Of a DNA stretch of 64,000 nucleotides, positions 13,110 to 25,270 are shown one piece after another. The DNA is from Camelus dromedarius (lineage: Eukaryota). A program made the position numbers and the translations under genes. The stretch covers positions 108,502,001-108,566,000 of the forward strand of contig NC_087436.1 of the NCBI RefSeq assembly GCF_036321535.1, in the 5' to 3' direction. Positions within the stretch are counted from its first letter, which is position 1; each line of letters opens with the position of its first letter. The notes below the pieces were generated by a model that saw nothing but the letters and a program-made list of their open reading frames with translations, was not told the origin of the DNA and searched no databases.

Positions 13110-13370
13110 TTTCCACAAATATTTATCCTGAGTGTGTGTTATATGCCAAGGACTTGCCTCATGTTGAGCATGTGATACTGAAGAAGACAACCAGTATCCT
13201 GACCTCACGTGCAATACTGGTATCAAAATATACACAATCACAAAGCAAAGAACTGTGCGCTATGGAAAAGAATAGAGGAGACAGGGAAGAGACAAAATTA
13301 CAAATTATAGGCCAAGGAAGATTTGTCTAAGGAAGTGGCATTTAAGCAAAAACCACAAAGATGAAAAAAT
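13110..13370 (-). mobile_element. L2 fragment
   Basis: aaatatttatcctgagtg...tatgccaagg; aggaagtggcatttaagc. Confidence 0.6.
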
Positions 13371-14749
13371 TTACGTAGGATGTTCATATAAATAATACTC
13401 GAAATAATTTTTAAATAGTATCTATAGTAAAGTTAAGAGATTAAATCATGGGTGATTCCATCCTTCTTTCCGTGTTATATCTTAATTTTCCAAAAATTTT
13501 TAAATGATGGAATATTACCTTTAAATTAGAAAGATGGAAGAAACTTTATTTTATAAAAGGGGTGGGATGTATGTTGCCCTTTAAGATTGAATCTGTAGAA
13601 AACTTCCTTACTCAGTTGTGAAAATGGATAGCGGACCTGTTTCCAAAGTTTGCTCTAGGAGACAGTCTTTCTCATTCAAATGCATCAAAGTTTTTTTTTT
13701 TTTTTCAACCAGTGCTTTTTCCTTAGATTGTGAATTCCTCTTTATACCCAACATCATGCTACCATGAGAGAAAGTGGAAAGTCAACACTCTAAAATACAA
13801 CAGAAATTGGAAAATACTTGAGGTGTTTTAAACATTTAGCTTTTTCAAATTATACTATTTTTAATTTCAAGCTTGCTTATATTTTGGGTATGGGAAGAAC
13901 ACTGCCTTCCTGGAATCCAGTTCTATTCACTTCTGTTGCTTTGAGAGACCTGTGCAGTCTATATTTAGAATAATTGACTCAGTAGAAAAAGGAAACAGGC
14001 TCTTTGATCAATGCTTGATCTGATAGATGCCTCCAAATGCTTGTCAGCTTTCCACTGAATGTTTCCATGGGCAACGGTTTTAAGAACTTCATATGAATAA
14101 AAGAGAACAGGATAAAGAAATTCTGTATGAACATTTTGTCTGTGAGGCCATGTCCATTTTATTCATGTGGCTGTCTAGATTTAGATCTTAACATTTTGCT
14201 GATTTACTTCTCTGAGCTCTTACACGTTCTGCCTTGGAATACTGAGATGCATTCCTAATTGGCCTCCCTCTCCATTCCTCCTTATCCCATTCCAGTCTTT
14301 CAACCCGCTGCGGCCAAAATAATCTGCCAGATGAGGCCCTCACCACATCTCTCCCTGCTGCTCAAGAAGTCAGTGTAATGTTACAGCTATTTACTATGTG
14401 ACCGGCATTACACAAGTGATGAGCGGCAGGCTGGAGGGTTCATTTACAATCTAGTGAAAAAAAGAAACATTTGAACAATGAGCTCTAATGCAGGAGTGGG
14501 TGACCTCAGTGTCAACTGGAGTCTAGGGGGCAGGCTTCTAGAGCATAGAGCAGTGAGCATTGTATTATCTAAAAGCCCAAGCTGTCTGAAGGGCCTTTGT
14601 TTCTGATTTCGATCCTTCTAGATTTAGCCCATTCTTTGCCTTCATGAACTTGAGTCTCTACCTTTTTTATAAGCTACCGAAGACTTTAAAAAATTTACAA
14701 AATTTTATTAAATTGTTAAGTTAATAAAATTCAGATCATACCAGTTTAT

Positions 14750-15250
14750 ACAGTAAAGGGATATTGGCTCATATACCTGAAAAGCTTAGAGATACTTTTA
14801 AACTTTTAGAAATTATCTAAGAGTGAGCTTCAGATGAGGGGTGAATCCAGCATCATACCACACCTGAGTCCCGGTTTCCTTCTTCTTTCCTATGCCTTCC
14901 AGACTGAGGACCGCTGGTTATTCTAGGTTTTCTAGGCTTGGCCTCAAGTAGCAGCAAAAGGCCTTAGTCCTGGACCCTAAACTTCTACCAGATGCAAAAA
15001 AAGAAAACTATTCCCTAGGCGTCTGACATGATTCCTGAACCGTATTCTCATTGACCTGAATTGAGCCACGACCCCGTTCATCAATCAATTAACGTCACCG
15101 GGACATTAAATCAATTGTTTTTAACCCAGTTTGGGCCCATCCCTAGAGTTGATGGTGGTGTCATCTATTAGCTAACAGTGAAAATAGGGGAAGAGTGCTT
15201 ACCTAAAAGGAGAACTTGGTACCATTGTACCAAAGGAAGGGTGAATAAAC
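14750..15250 (-). mobile_element. Old MLT1J/K-like LTR remnant
   Basis: tattggctcatatacctgaaaag...tctcattgacctgaattgagccacg. Confidence 0.45.
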
Positions 15251-15589
15251 TGGATGGTAAAATAAATAAAAGAGGAATAAATGAATTAAAGACCAAATAA
15301 ATAATTAATAGCTATTTTTATCTTCACCATTCTTGGACAGTATTTTTTGTAATATCTTCTTAGGCTGTTTAAGGAATCTTCAACTCAAACTCAAACTCAA
15401 CTCAAAATTGTTTAAATTCAGAAAGTCTGCCTCATATAATGTGTTTTTGCGACAAAACCTTGAGTAGAATTTTGCATAAAATAGGCACTCAGTAAGTTTT
15501 TCATCACTCCTTATTCCAAAAATTTTTGCTCCACTGTTCTACTAAATTTTTTCTAGAAAATGACCAATGTTCTAATTTTAAAACCAAAA

Positions 15590-15962
15590 TTTCTTCTGTA
15601 TCTTTATTTCTTTTTAGTGCGTATCTTTTCAGCACTGAATAACATTCCATTGTGTAGCTGGACTGTGGTGTGTTTATCTGCTCGCCTACTGAAGGACATC
15701 TTGGTTGTTTCCAAGGTTTGACAATTATGAATAAAGCTACTATATACATCTGTGTGCAGGTTTTTGTGTGCACATAAATCTTCAGCTCCTTTGGGTAAAT
15801 ACCAGGGAACATGACTGCTGGATCACATGGAAAGAGCATGTTTAATTTTGTAGGAAATGGCCAGACTGTCTTCCAAAGTGGCTGACCATTTTGTATTTCC
15901 ACCAGCGACAAAAGGAAGTTCCTTTTTACTCCATATTCTCACTAGCATGTGGTGGTGTCAAT
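15590..15962 (-). mobile_element. L1M (L1MB/MC-like) fragment encoding a decayed ORF2 C-terminus
   Basis: ORF 15504-15911 reads QPLWKTVW...DPAV..GIYPKELK...KTCTQMYIVALFIIVKPWKQPRCPS, the L1 ORF2p C-terminal signature. Confidence 0.92.
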
Positions 15963-16429
15963 CCAACTACATTTTTTGAAATTGATTTATCAATGGAAAA
16001 ATATTTCTAGAAATCCTGAAAGTATTGTTAATATTTGCAGTAGCCATCTCTGGAAGTTAAACTCCTAACTTGGGTACTTCAAATACTAACTAGGATATAA
16101 ATTAGAGTTAGCTGTCACACACATATGAGACATTTTATTGAGACATTTTAAAATCAATTATAAAAAATAAAGCAGAAATCCTAAATTTAGGTCCTTCTCA
16201 AGGTTTGCAGTGAGAGAAACACTGACTGAGCCCACAGATTTTTATCCCAAATTCCATGGAGACTAATCCATGAGCCTCAGGATCTATGAATTCTTCATAA
16301 TGGTATGAGAAATTGTGGTGTGCATGCCTCTTTCAAAGCAGATAGTTCATAGGTTTCCTCATCTACCCAGAAGTGTCAATACCCTATTAGAAATAAAGAG
16401 CAAGTTCTTCATTATCGATATAAAAGCCC

Positions 16430-17300
16430 CTTTTTTTCATTCACTGATTCATTTATGAGAAGCTGAGTGCCTTCTGTATGCCAAGCATTACTCCAAAACC
16501 TAGGAATATAGTAGTCAACCAGTTGAATGTAGTCCCTATAATCATGGAGTGAAGAATACAGGTAATAAAAATAAAGGTAATTGTACACAGCATACATAAT
16601 TTCAGGTACTGAAAATTCTACCATCAATCAACCTATCAATCTATCATCTATGCAAGGAGTTAGTAACCAGAAGCTACCTTTAGATACAGTGAGTAAACAT
16701 TAACCAATCTAATAGTACACAGTTCTAGATAATTCCAAAATCTGCACTATTTATTAATCCTGTGTTTTTCTCTTATGGGTTATACTCAGTCACACGAAGT
16801 TCTAACAGCCTGCTGGACACTGTCAGGTGTATGTCACGTTGGCTCCTATAAGTCAAAGTTTCCCAAAACCTGGTTGGTATTTTCCTCTTCTTACCCCTTC
16901 AATGCCTTTGTCCCATTCCCAGTCTCACCCTGTTTTTTACTCCTTTTTACTCAGTTTTATTTAGGTTATCACCAAATCCCTCTCACCCACTTAAGCTCAG
17001 TTTCTCAAAACTTATTTTTTATTGTTTCTTTCCCCCTCGCAGCTCATGTCTGATCACTTTCCGAGTCTAGCTCATTGATCTTTCACTTCAAATGTGAATT
17101 TTAAATGTGCATTTAAAAAGTTGGGTTCTAACTAGATTATTGTTCTGCTACAAAAGCTTATTGTTTGATGATAACTTCTTAAATCAAGGTCGGACTCCTG
17201 CTGACCTTGACATACCTGCATTTTGTGCTCCCAACTTGCCTTTGCACGCATACCTCCAGCCACTCCCTACGCTAAGCCCTCGCGGAGGCTCGCCACCAAC
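16430..17300. mobile_element. L2 fragments
   Basis: ttcattcactgattcattt...ctgagtgccttctgtatgccaagc (antisense tail), followed by sense fragments. Confidence 0.55.
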
Positions 17301-17379
17301 ACTTCTCTGAAGTCCATTTTGTTAGTCTCACTTTTGTGCCTTTGGAAGTAATATGACTGATAAGTGATAGCAGACTTTA

Positions 17380-17730
17380 TAATTATTATCAAGCATTTAT
17401 TGTGGATCTGACACTGGGCTAAAGTTATTTTGCAGTTATGAATGGCAGGTCATGGAACACAGTACTAGAAATGTGGGTTTTTGAAAGTCAGCTCTACATC
17501 CTATTTAACTGTGAAACTTGGGCAAGTTACTGAAATTCTACACCTCAGTTTTCTGGGATATTGAATGAGATATAGTAACATCTACTTCCTGGGTCATGGT
17601 GAAAAGTGGATATGATAGTGTAGCTTCTCACCCTGCCTGGTGTTTAGTAGTCACTCTCAGTGAGTGTTGGTTGTTAGTATTATCATTAAAATTCATAATA
17701 GGTATGCAGAGTAGCTATTATCATCTGTAT
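17380..17730. mobile_element. MIR fragments
   Basis: ctgtgaaacttgggcaagttactg...cctcagtttt. Confidence 0.7.
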
Positions 17731-17964
17731 TTCTGTATGAGGCTTACTAGAAGGATAGACACTGAATATTCTGTTAGTCTCATTCTCACTTTAGCATCAG
17801 AAATATTTGCAAATTTCTTGCAACCTTCTCCATGAAGACTTAGTTAATTTTCCTCCTTTGAATACCATTCTTTGTTTATACTTGATCTAGGATATTCTTC
17901 ACACAATAGGGATATTTGCATATTTGCTCTAGCTCCCTAAATTGTGTAGTATTTCATTTTGGAG

Positions 17965-18200
17965 GCCGTGTACCAAGATAGAAAGAAGCAAGGCTTGGGG
18001 TAAAAGGAGCTGGTTTTGAATTCTGGCTCTGCCACTTCTCAGCTGTATGACACTGAAAAAGTTACTCAACCTCACTGGTCCTCAGTTCTCTAATCTCTAA
18101 AATGAGAACAATAATACCTTCCTTCTGGGCTGTTCATGAAAATTAAATAATCTGGTATAGGGAGACCACCCAGTACAGTGCCTGGCATATAGGCAGGGTC
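17965..18200 (+). mobile_element. MIR, near full length
   Basis: ttttgaattctggctctgccacttctcagctgtatgac...aagttactcaacctc...ctcagtt...taaaatgag...cagtgcctggcatatagg. Confidence 0.9.
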
Positions 18201-20109
18201 TAGTTCAGAATAAATTCTCCTCTTACGTTCTTCTCAGCACAGCAGATTTACTCAGCCTCCTGTTCTTCATTGAGGTTAATACATGGTCTTACAAATATTT
18301 GGTGCTTAGAAAATACTGAATCAAACTAAATTATTGTTACATTCAGTGATAGCCAATGGCCACATAAACAGCAAGGACACACTGCAATACAAAGGTATTA
18401 GCTGCATTTTCTGATTGCTCTACTGTTATCTTTTTTATTGTGATTTAATAACTGCATATCAGAATTATCCCTGGGGTTATCTCTTACAACATCTCTTACA
18501 AATGGCTAGTCTGGAGAATTGATCTTTGTGAAATCTTCACCACTGTGAAGTGATTTCTCACTAGTCTGCATTCATCGCACTTTGGATACCCTGATCATAG
18601 TCTAACCCTTCAGTTGTAATTGTTAGTTTACATTTCCACGTTTCCTACTTAACTGAATCCCCTCAAAGGGAGGTGCCCTTCTTCATCTTCCATCCCTAGT
18701 CTCTGACACAGCATTTCACTTGCAGAATATGCCGGGCAGCAGGCCTTGGTCCCCAAGACACTGAGGATATGGAAGACCACGATGAAGTGTAATGATGATT
18801 CTGGCATGGGTGGGGTTCCAGGTGGGCACAGAGAACGAGCCTCCCCCAGATGTAAGGAGCCCGGCAGGCTTTCTGAGGACGTGATGCGTGCGCTTAGTTT
18901 CAAAGGATAAAGGAGAAGAAAGTGTTACTGAGAAAAGAACACTCATTTGGTTGCGTCAATGAGTGTCTCTTTTAGTTAAATCTCAAAGAAATGTAGATTA
19001 TAGCATTGGCTATTGAGCTTCGCCATAAAAAGGCTTACATCTTTCATTACAACAAAGCTGCACCACTTGCTAATTGAAGTATGTACATTAATTGAAAAAA
19101 AATGCACCAAGGGAATGAAGATGCTTTATAAGCTAAGCCATGCTTTATAAATCAGATCCTTTTAAACTACTCCAAGATGTTCCGTTGTTTCAATCTCATC
19201 CTTGAAATGATCACATAGGTCTCCCTGAAGACCTCAAAAATCATGTCAGAGTGGAGATAATATATTCTGTTATCACTCCAGTTAATTTGTGAACATGAGT
19301 AATTAGATTAGTTGGCTGTCAATATGTACCTGTAGGACTAAGCACTGTTACAGAAAGTTCTGTAGAGAAGGGCCACCGGCGCGCACTGCATGGATATCAG
19401 TGCGTACTTTTGTCACTGATATTTGGATGCTGGTGCTTTTGGGGCTCATAATGCAAGGTTACAAGACAAGTACTATGAATCTTTTCAGAAAGTCCATCCA
19501 GGGTATTTGCAAAAAAATTAGCCCTGGAGCACTGGAAAGACTAAGCAAGTGAATCACCTTGTGCTTGTCTGCTCCTAGCGTTCAATCTCCATGTGTGAAA
19601 AGGGCTGATAATAAATGAGAAAACAGCATGAAAAAATGTGACTTGTGTTAACTGTGGAAAATAGGGGCTGGGGTAGGTTTTTCAGTTTTAAGGTAGATTT
19701 GATATATATACCTACATATATCAAAATGTTTACATGATGTTCAAGTTTTAAATTAATAAGAGAGAAATTTGAGTAAAATGGAAGGATTTATGTCTTATCT
19801 TTAAGATATGTGGATAAAATATCCTATCTCTTTTTTAATATATAAATGGGAAGATGGACTATATTCAAACTTGTGGAAATTATCTATATTCCTCATTTAA
19901 CAAAAATTTGTCAAAAATCTTCATATACACAGCACAACAAAAGAAGCATGGACCAGGGACAGAGTAAGACAAGGAGAGGCAAGGATGCATACAGGTGGGA
20001 CTTTTTGCAGGAGCTGACATCTGAGCTGTGATGCATGGTCTTTAATGTGTTATTCCAGATCTGAGAAGACATTAAGGTATAGAGTAAGTAATAAGATTCT
20101 ATCAGGTAA

Positions 20110-20320
20110 ACCCTTCTACCAGCCAGCATAGTGCTAAGTGTTTTACATATTTTCTCCTCCTGGCTGTAAGGTGAGGATACATCAGTAGTCCCATTTTACA
20201 GATGGAAAAACTGAGGCACAAGAAGACGATAAATCAGTTTCACCCAATCATAAGTTGCAGGGTCAGGATTCAAATCCAGGTCTTTGTAAATGCAATGTCT
20301 GGGTTGTAAGGTACTCTGTA
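20110..20320 (-). mobile_element. MIR
   Basis: cccattttacagatggaaaaactgaggcaca...ggattcaaatccagg. Confidence 0.85.
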
Positions 20321-21977
20321 CAGGGACATTAGACCATCCCTGAGGAGAAGGAAGATGTAACCTGGATTAAGTCAAAGATTTCCTGGAAGAGTGGAGCTAG
20401 GGCTGACTCCTGGGAGGTGGGTGGAGGGAAGAATGGCAGAGAATGATGTTAGGACATTTTTTGTGGTGAGGTGAGCACATTGAAGACATGGTTTGTGCTC
20501 ATGCCTCCCTCTAATTCTCTTGTTATCTAGAACCATGGTGGTTTGATCTTGCTGATTCTTCTGGACTTCCATTGTGTAGCTGGAATTCAAATCCAGTTTC
20601 TCTGATTCTTAATCTAGAGCTAAAACTCCACTATTGCTTAATACTACATACAGATCTTCACTTTTCAAGCATAACATCAAGTGAATTTTTTAAGGTTCTT
20701 AAAAATCTATTAGTGGGCTTAATTTTCCTTCATTTTTATTAATTTTCCATTGGTAAAGCTTAAATTTTTGTGCATATTACTTCTGTGATTCCTATCCCTA
20801 ACTTTCATTGAGATCTTCTTAGGTTTTTGAATAATGCTTGAAGTTCAGTTTAATTCTCCATTAAAGAAGGGGTTTGAGAAAATTGTATTTCTTTTCATGG
20901 GCTTAAGGTGGAAGAATTGAAAATTGCAGCCCTTTTGGCAGGTCCTTGGAAGAAATACTAAGAGAAACTTTTTTAATAATACAAAGTTTTGCACATTAAG
21001 TGCAATATTGGGCGATAATGATAAAACTGATTTCTCTGTTTTTATAACCTAAGTTATTAGATAAAGCCTACCTCTAGCCATTTTTCTGCAAATGCCTTTT
21101 AAAAATAATTTTACTTTTAAAGGACAATGGCAATCAGAATGTAAGTGGTAATTATTTTATATAGAGTGTCTTTTTTTTTCTATGCCTGAATCTCTGCAAA
21201 TAATAGACTTCTAGCTTTCAGTGGCACTCAGAGGTTATTTTTAATCTGCATATTAATTCTCTAGGCTGTTTTGATGATAGAAAATCTCACGACGGGAGGA
21301 TCAGAATACTAAATTACCAAAGCACAACCCCTCCTTCCATATTGGATCTGGCAGTTTAATAAGAACAACAGCTAAGTACAAAACCTTCTCAGAAATATTT
21401 AGAGCAGTAAGAGAGACAACAGTTCTTCATGAGCCCACAATCTTTACCAGGCAGTTAGTCTACTTAAGATAACTTTCCCATTATTCACGAGTCTTCGAGG
21501 ACACCACAGTATAGGTTCCTTTATTAATAGCTCCCCTGTCATCCATTATTTAGACATCGCTCCATGTTAAATCACCAGTGTGTCAGTCTCCTAAAGCAAT
21601 ACACCTCAGAGTTTTAAATAACCTCTTGACAGGAAGTTGTCAGAGGAAGAGCTTATTTCAACCAGTTAAGCAGTTGAGCATGAACAATGCTCTGTTTGGA
21701 GATAAAAACATAAAATAGATGAAAAATTAATTATTAAAGTTCATTTAATTAGAAAAATCCGGTACTTAAAATTTGATTTACAGATGATGGAATTACATTT
21801 ATCTGGTGGAGGATTCAATTCAGTTGGTTATCATGAACCTAAATACAATTTCAGGAAATTTTGTCAAGCATCTACTATATACTCAGCACTGTACAAGAGA
21901 CTGATAGGGATATAAAGGAAATACACAGATTTCTTTCTTTTCAAAAGCTTACAGTCCTGTTGGGGAGCCAGAGTTCC

Positions 21978-22082
21978 ATATATATATATATATACACACA
22001 TACACACACACACAATATATATAGCGATATATAGAGAGATGTAATATATAATGTGTGTGTATATATATAGATATATATATCT
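21978..22082. repeat. Compound (TA)n/(CA)n/(TG)n microsatellite
   Basis: Direct reading. Confidence 0.9.
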
Positions 22083-23609
22083 CCTAGAGAACAATTTTAA
22101 AGTCTTATTAAATGCAAAATCGGTGCTGAGGATTTGCATTACTAAAGGATAATTTAAAAGAGTGAGTTTAATGAGCATGGTAATTGGAGAAGGCTTTGGG
22201 AAGAGAGCCCACTAGAAAGAAGATAAGCAGAAGAGAAGAAAAAGATTGTCATAGACCAGAAGAAAAAAAAAATAAGGATCAATGTACAAGAGCAGAAACT
22301 GAGCAAAGCATGAACACGGGGCAGAAAGGCTGGGAAGGTAAGAGTCCAGGGAAATGTGGTTTGCGTGAAAATAAGAGAATCAGATTATGAAGAGATTATT
22401 TTGTACCACCTTGGAAAGGCCATATAAGTAATGGGAAAATTACTGTATGTACTCAAAACTGCACTGAGTTACTCTTAGACAGAGTAGTCTGGTGGCATTG
22501 CGTCTGTGGTTAATGATCATGAGAAGAAGGAAGGGCAGTTGAGATACTGTGCAATAGACCAGGAACTTGGAGAAGAGGTCTAGGCATCCTGAACGGAGGA
22601 CAAAGTAAGAATAAATAAAGGAGGATGCATTTCAGAAACTGCGTGCTTTTCAATTGATCCATTTCAATTGATAGAAAGTAAATACAGTTTTTCAAATGGG
22701 ATAATTAACTGATTGAAATAGGCTCTTCCCCAAAGACTTGCTGTCATACAGTTATTTAGGAGTTACATTACTTTAGTAGAAAATCACTCTGATGATTTAA
22801 TATGGAATGAGGCTAAAATTAATGCATGACATCAGAGATACTAACAAAGGGACATATATTTTTTGATGCCACCATTGCCTAGGAAGTTAGTCTAGTCTAG
22901 AAATTTGCCACAAAGTAAATTACTGTCTGAGATGTTAGCTAGCCCAGGATTGCTTGATGATTTGTGATTTGCCTTCTACATGTGTGTATACGTTTATGTA
23001 TTCATTTTTAGTACACAAATAATGCATATTTATTTTTAAAAAGCCAACGAAGTTTAAAAAGAGGAAAAGAGTGAGAAATTCTGCATTCCCACCATTCATG
23101 AATAAATATTGTTAACATTTTGGAATATTTTGTTCTTGTAGCTCCTCTAGGTATGTAATTACTTCTAAGAAGCATTTGTAAGAGTAATCTTCCTTCTGCC
23201 ATATCTCTTTCCCCTGGCTTATCTTTACCTCTTGTTTTCTCTTTTTCTCTCTTTTATTTTTAAATATATCTATTCTAATACATTGTAACATATAAAAATA
23301 GCATCATGACATTTCTTTTAGTCCCTCTGTTTGGAAACACATAGAATTCCCTACTTTCTCTAAATTCAAGAGACCTTTAAGGACACAGCTAGACAATCTG
23401 GCTAACCAGGAATATGTCTAATTTCCAGAGCCTGAGAAAGCAAGTGTTGTCAGAGAAACGGTCACTCAGGTTGCAGTGGGCTGCCAAAAACTGTGAACAT
23501 TTGACATTTTTAGGAGATAAATGGGAAGAAGAGGCAACAACAAAATGCACTAGGTCAAAAGGAACAGTGAGTACAGTTACTAAAATGCAGAGCTGAACAG
23601 CACCGGACG

Positions 23610-24000
23610 GGGTGTTGTGATGTTAAGAGCACGGCTTTCCCAGCTGGACAGCCGTGAATGTGATTTCCTGGCTCCACGTCGCTTACTAGCTGTGTTGTGA
23701 GCTTGAGCATATTCCTTAGCTCTCTGAGGATCAGTTTTCTCTTCTGTAAAGTGTGAATAAAAACATAACACTTGATAGGTTTGTCTGAGGAATAAATCAG
23801 CTAATGTATGTTAAATGCTTGCACAACATCATCCTTCAGTTATGTCAGAATAATGCGGCAATGCTGATGCACTGCCACCACTAAAGCCATACAGCAACTA
23901 AGCTTCTAGGAAGAGACTTGCTCAAGATCGCCTTATACGTCAGTGGCAAAAATGAGACTTGAATCGAGGCCTTATTCTCAGCCCAGTAGTCCTCTTGCTT
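23610..24000. mobile_element. Two MIRs (+ 23610-23830; - 23900-24000)
   Basis: cctggctccacgtcgcttactagctgtg...cagttttctcttctgtaaagtg; gacttgctcaagatc. Confidence 0.75.
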
Positions 24001-24689
24001 TAGCAAGAAGCTATTCCATTCCCAATAAATGGAGTGTTCACGTAAACATTCAGAAACCTCCTTATACCATCCCCCCAAATCAGTGAACTGTACACCTCTG
24101 ATGGCCAACCAAGACCCCTCTGCATAACGTTCTCACATCCATTTAAAGCAGAAACAAACAAACAAACAAAAAACACCTCTCAACACAGCTTGCTTGACTC
24201 TGAAGAAGGGTCACAGCCACTTAGTATGATCAATTTGGACCAGAACCTTTTCACTACCGCAGTATTCAGAAATAATTTATTATCCTGACATTACATAAAA
24301 GAAGTAAGTACGAAATAAATATTCAAACTACCATTTTAAAATACGTTAGGGGAGTGGATCAGAGTCCCCATTCTTTACTTTATATCATGATGAACTTGTG
24401 CGGTACCTGTCACTGAGAGAAGCTTATCTGGATGCGACAGGAAGCAAAGGTTATCTTCAACACGATGGAAAAGGGCAAATGAATGTTAACATTTAATTAA
24501 AGACACAGGAAAAGAATGGCAAAGTGCAGGCTAGTGGTGGAAAGAATGGTGTGTCTGTGCTGTAAGGAGGTAGGCTGGCTGAGCACAAGGCAAAGCCTGT
24601 ACACAGGCATTTGAATTAGCAGCTCTCTCGGTGTCCCGGAAGTTGTGTTGTAGTTGGGTTTCTTCAGAAGACAGCGTACAGAGGAAGAG

Positions 24690-25270
24690 GCCATTCAGTG
24701 CACCGGTAACTATCAGGGCTCTGAGATTAGATCCAGCTGGATTTGAGAAGCAGGGCACGGACTCTTCACCAGCAAGGGCGGGGAACAAGACCCCCTGGCT
24801 TCAGACACCAGCTGTGCACCATTTACTAAACATGTGACCTCAGGCAAGTCATTGAGTCTCTGTCCCTTATTTTCCTTTTCTCTAAAGTGGGGATGATACT
24901 GGTGTTGACTCACACAGTAGTTAGGAAGGTTAAACAAAGGCGTTACTATTTGGGAAACACATGGTCAGTGATATATGAGTATTTGTCAAATGTAGTTTTG
25001 AGTCCTAGTCATACCACTGACTTACTACATTCCTAATAGATGTTGCTTAGCCTTTTCAGCCTCAGGCTCCTCATCTGGGAAGTGGATCTAATCGCAGGCC
25101 TGCCTTACGCAGTTGTGAGAAGTAAATGGGCTATGCATGTACAGCACTCGGTAGATGCCAGTCAAAGGACTATTATCTCGTTTTTACTTCACCAACTAGA
25201 CCAGAAGCTCCCTGGAGTTTCTGTCATGTTCTTTGGGTCTACCTCAGGACTTTCTGTATTAATGTTTGTA
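24690..25270 (+). mobile_element. Tandem MIRs plus short L2 tail
   Basis: catgtgacctcaggcaagtcattgagtctctg; gcctcaggctcctcatctggga; actagaccagaagctccctggag. Confidence 0.75.

Noticed and set aside
15504..15911. 135-aa ORF as a host gene
   Set aside because: Decayed L1 ORF2p C-terminus
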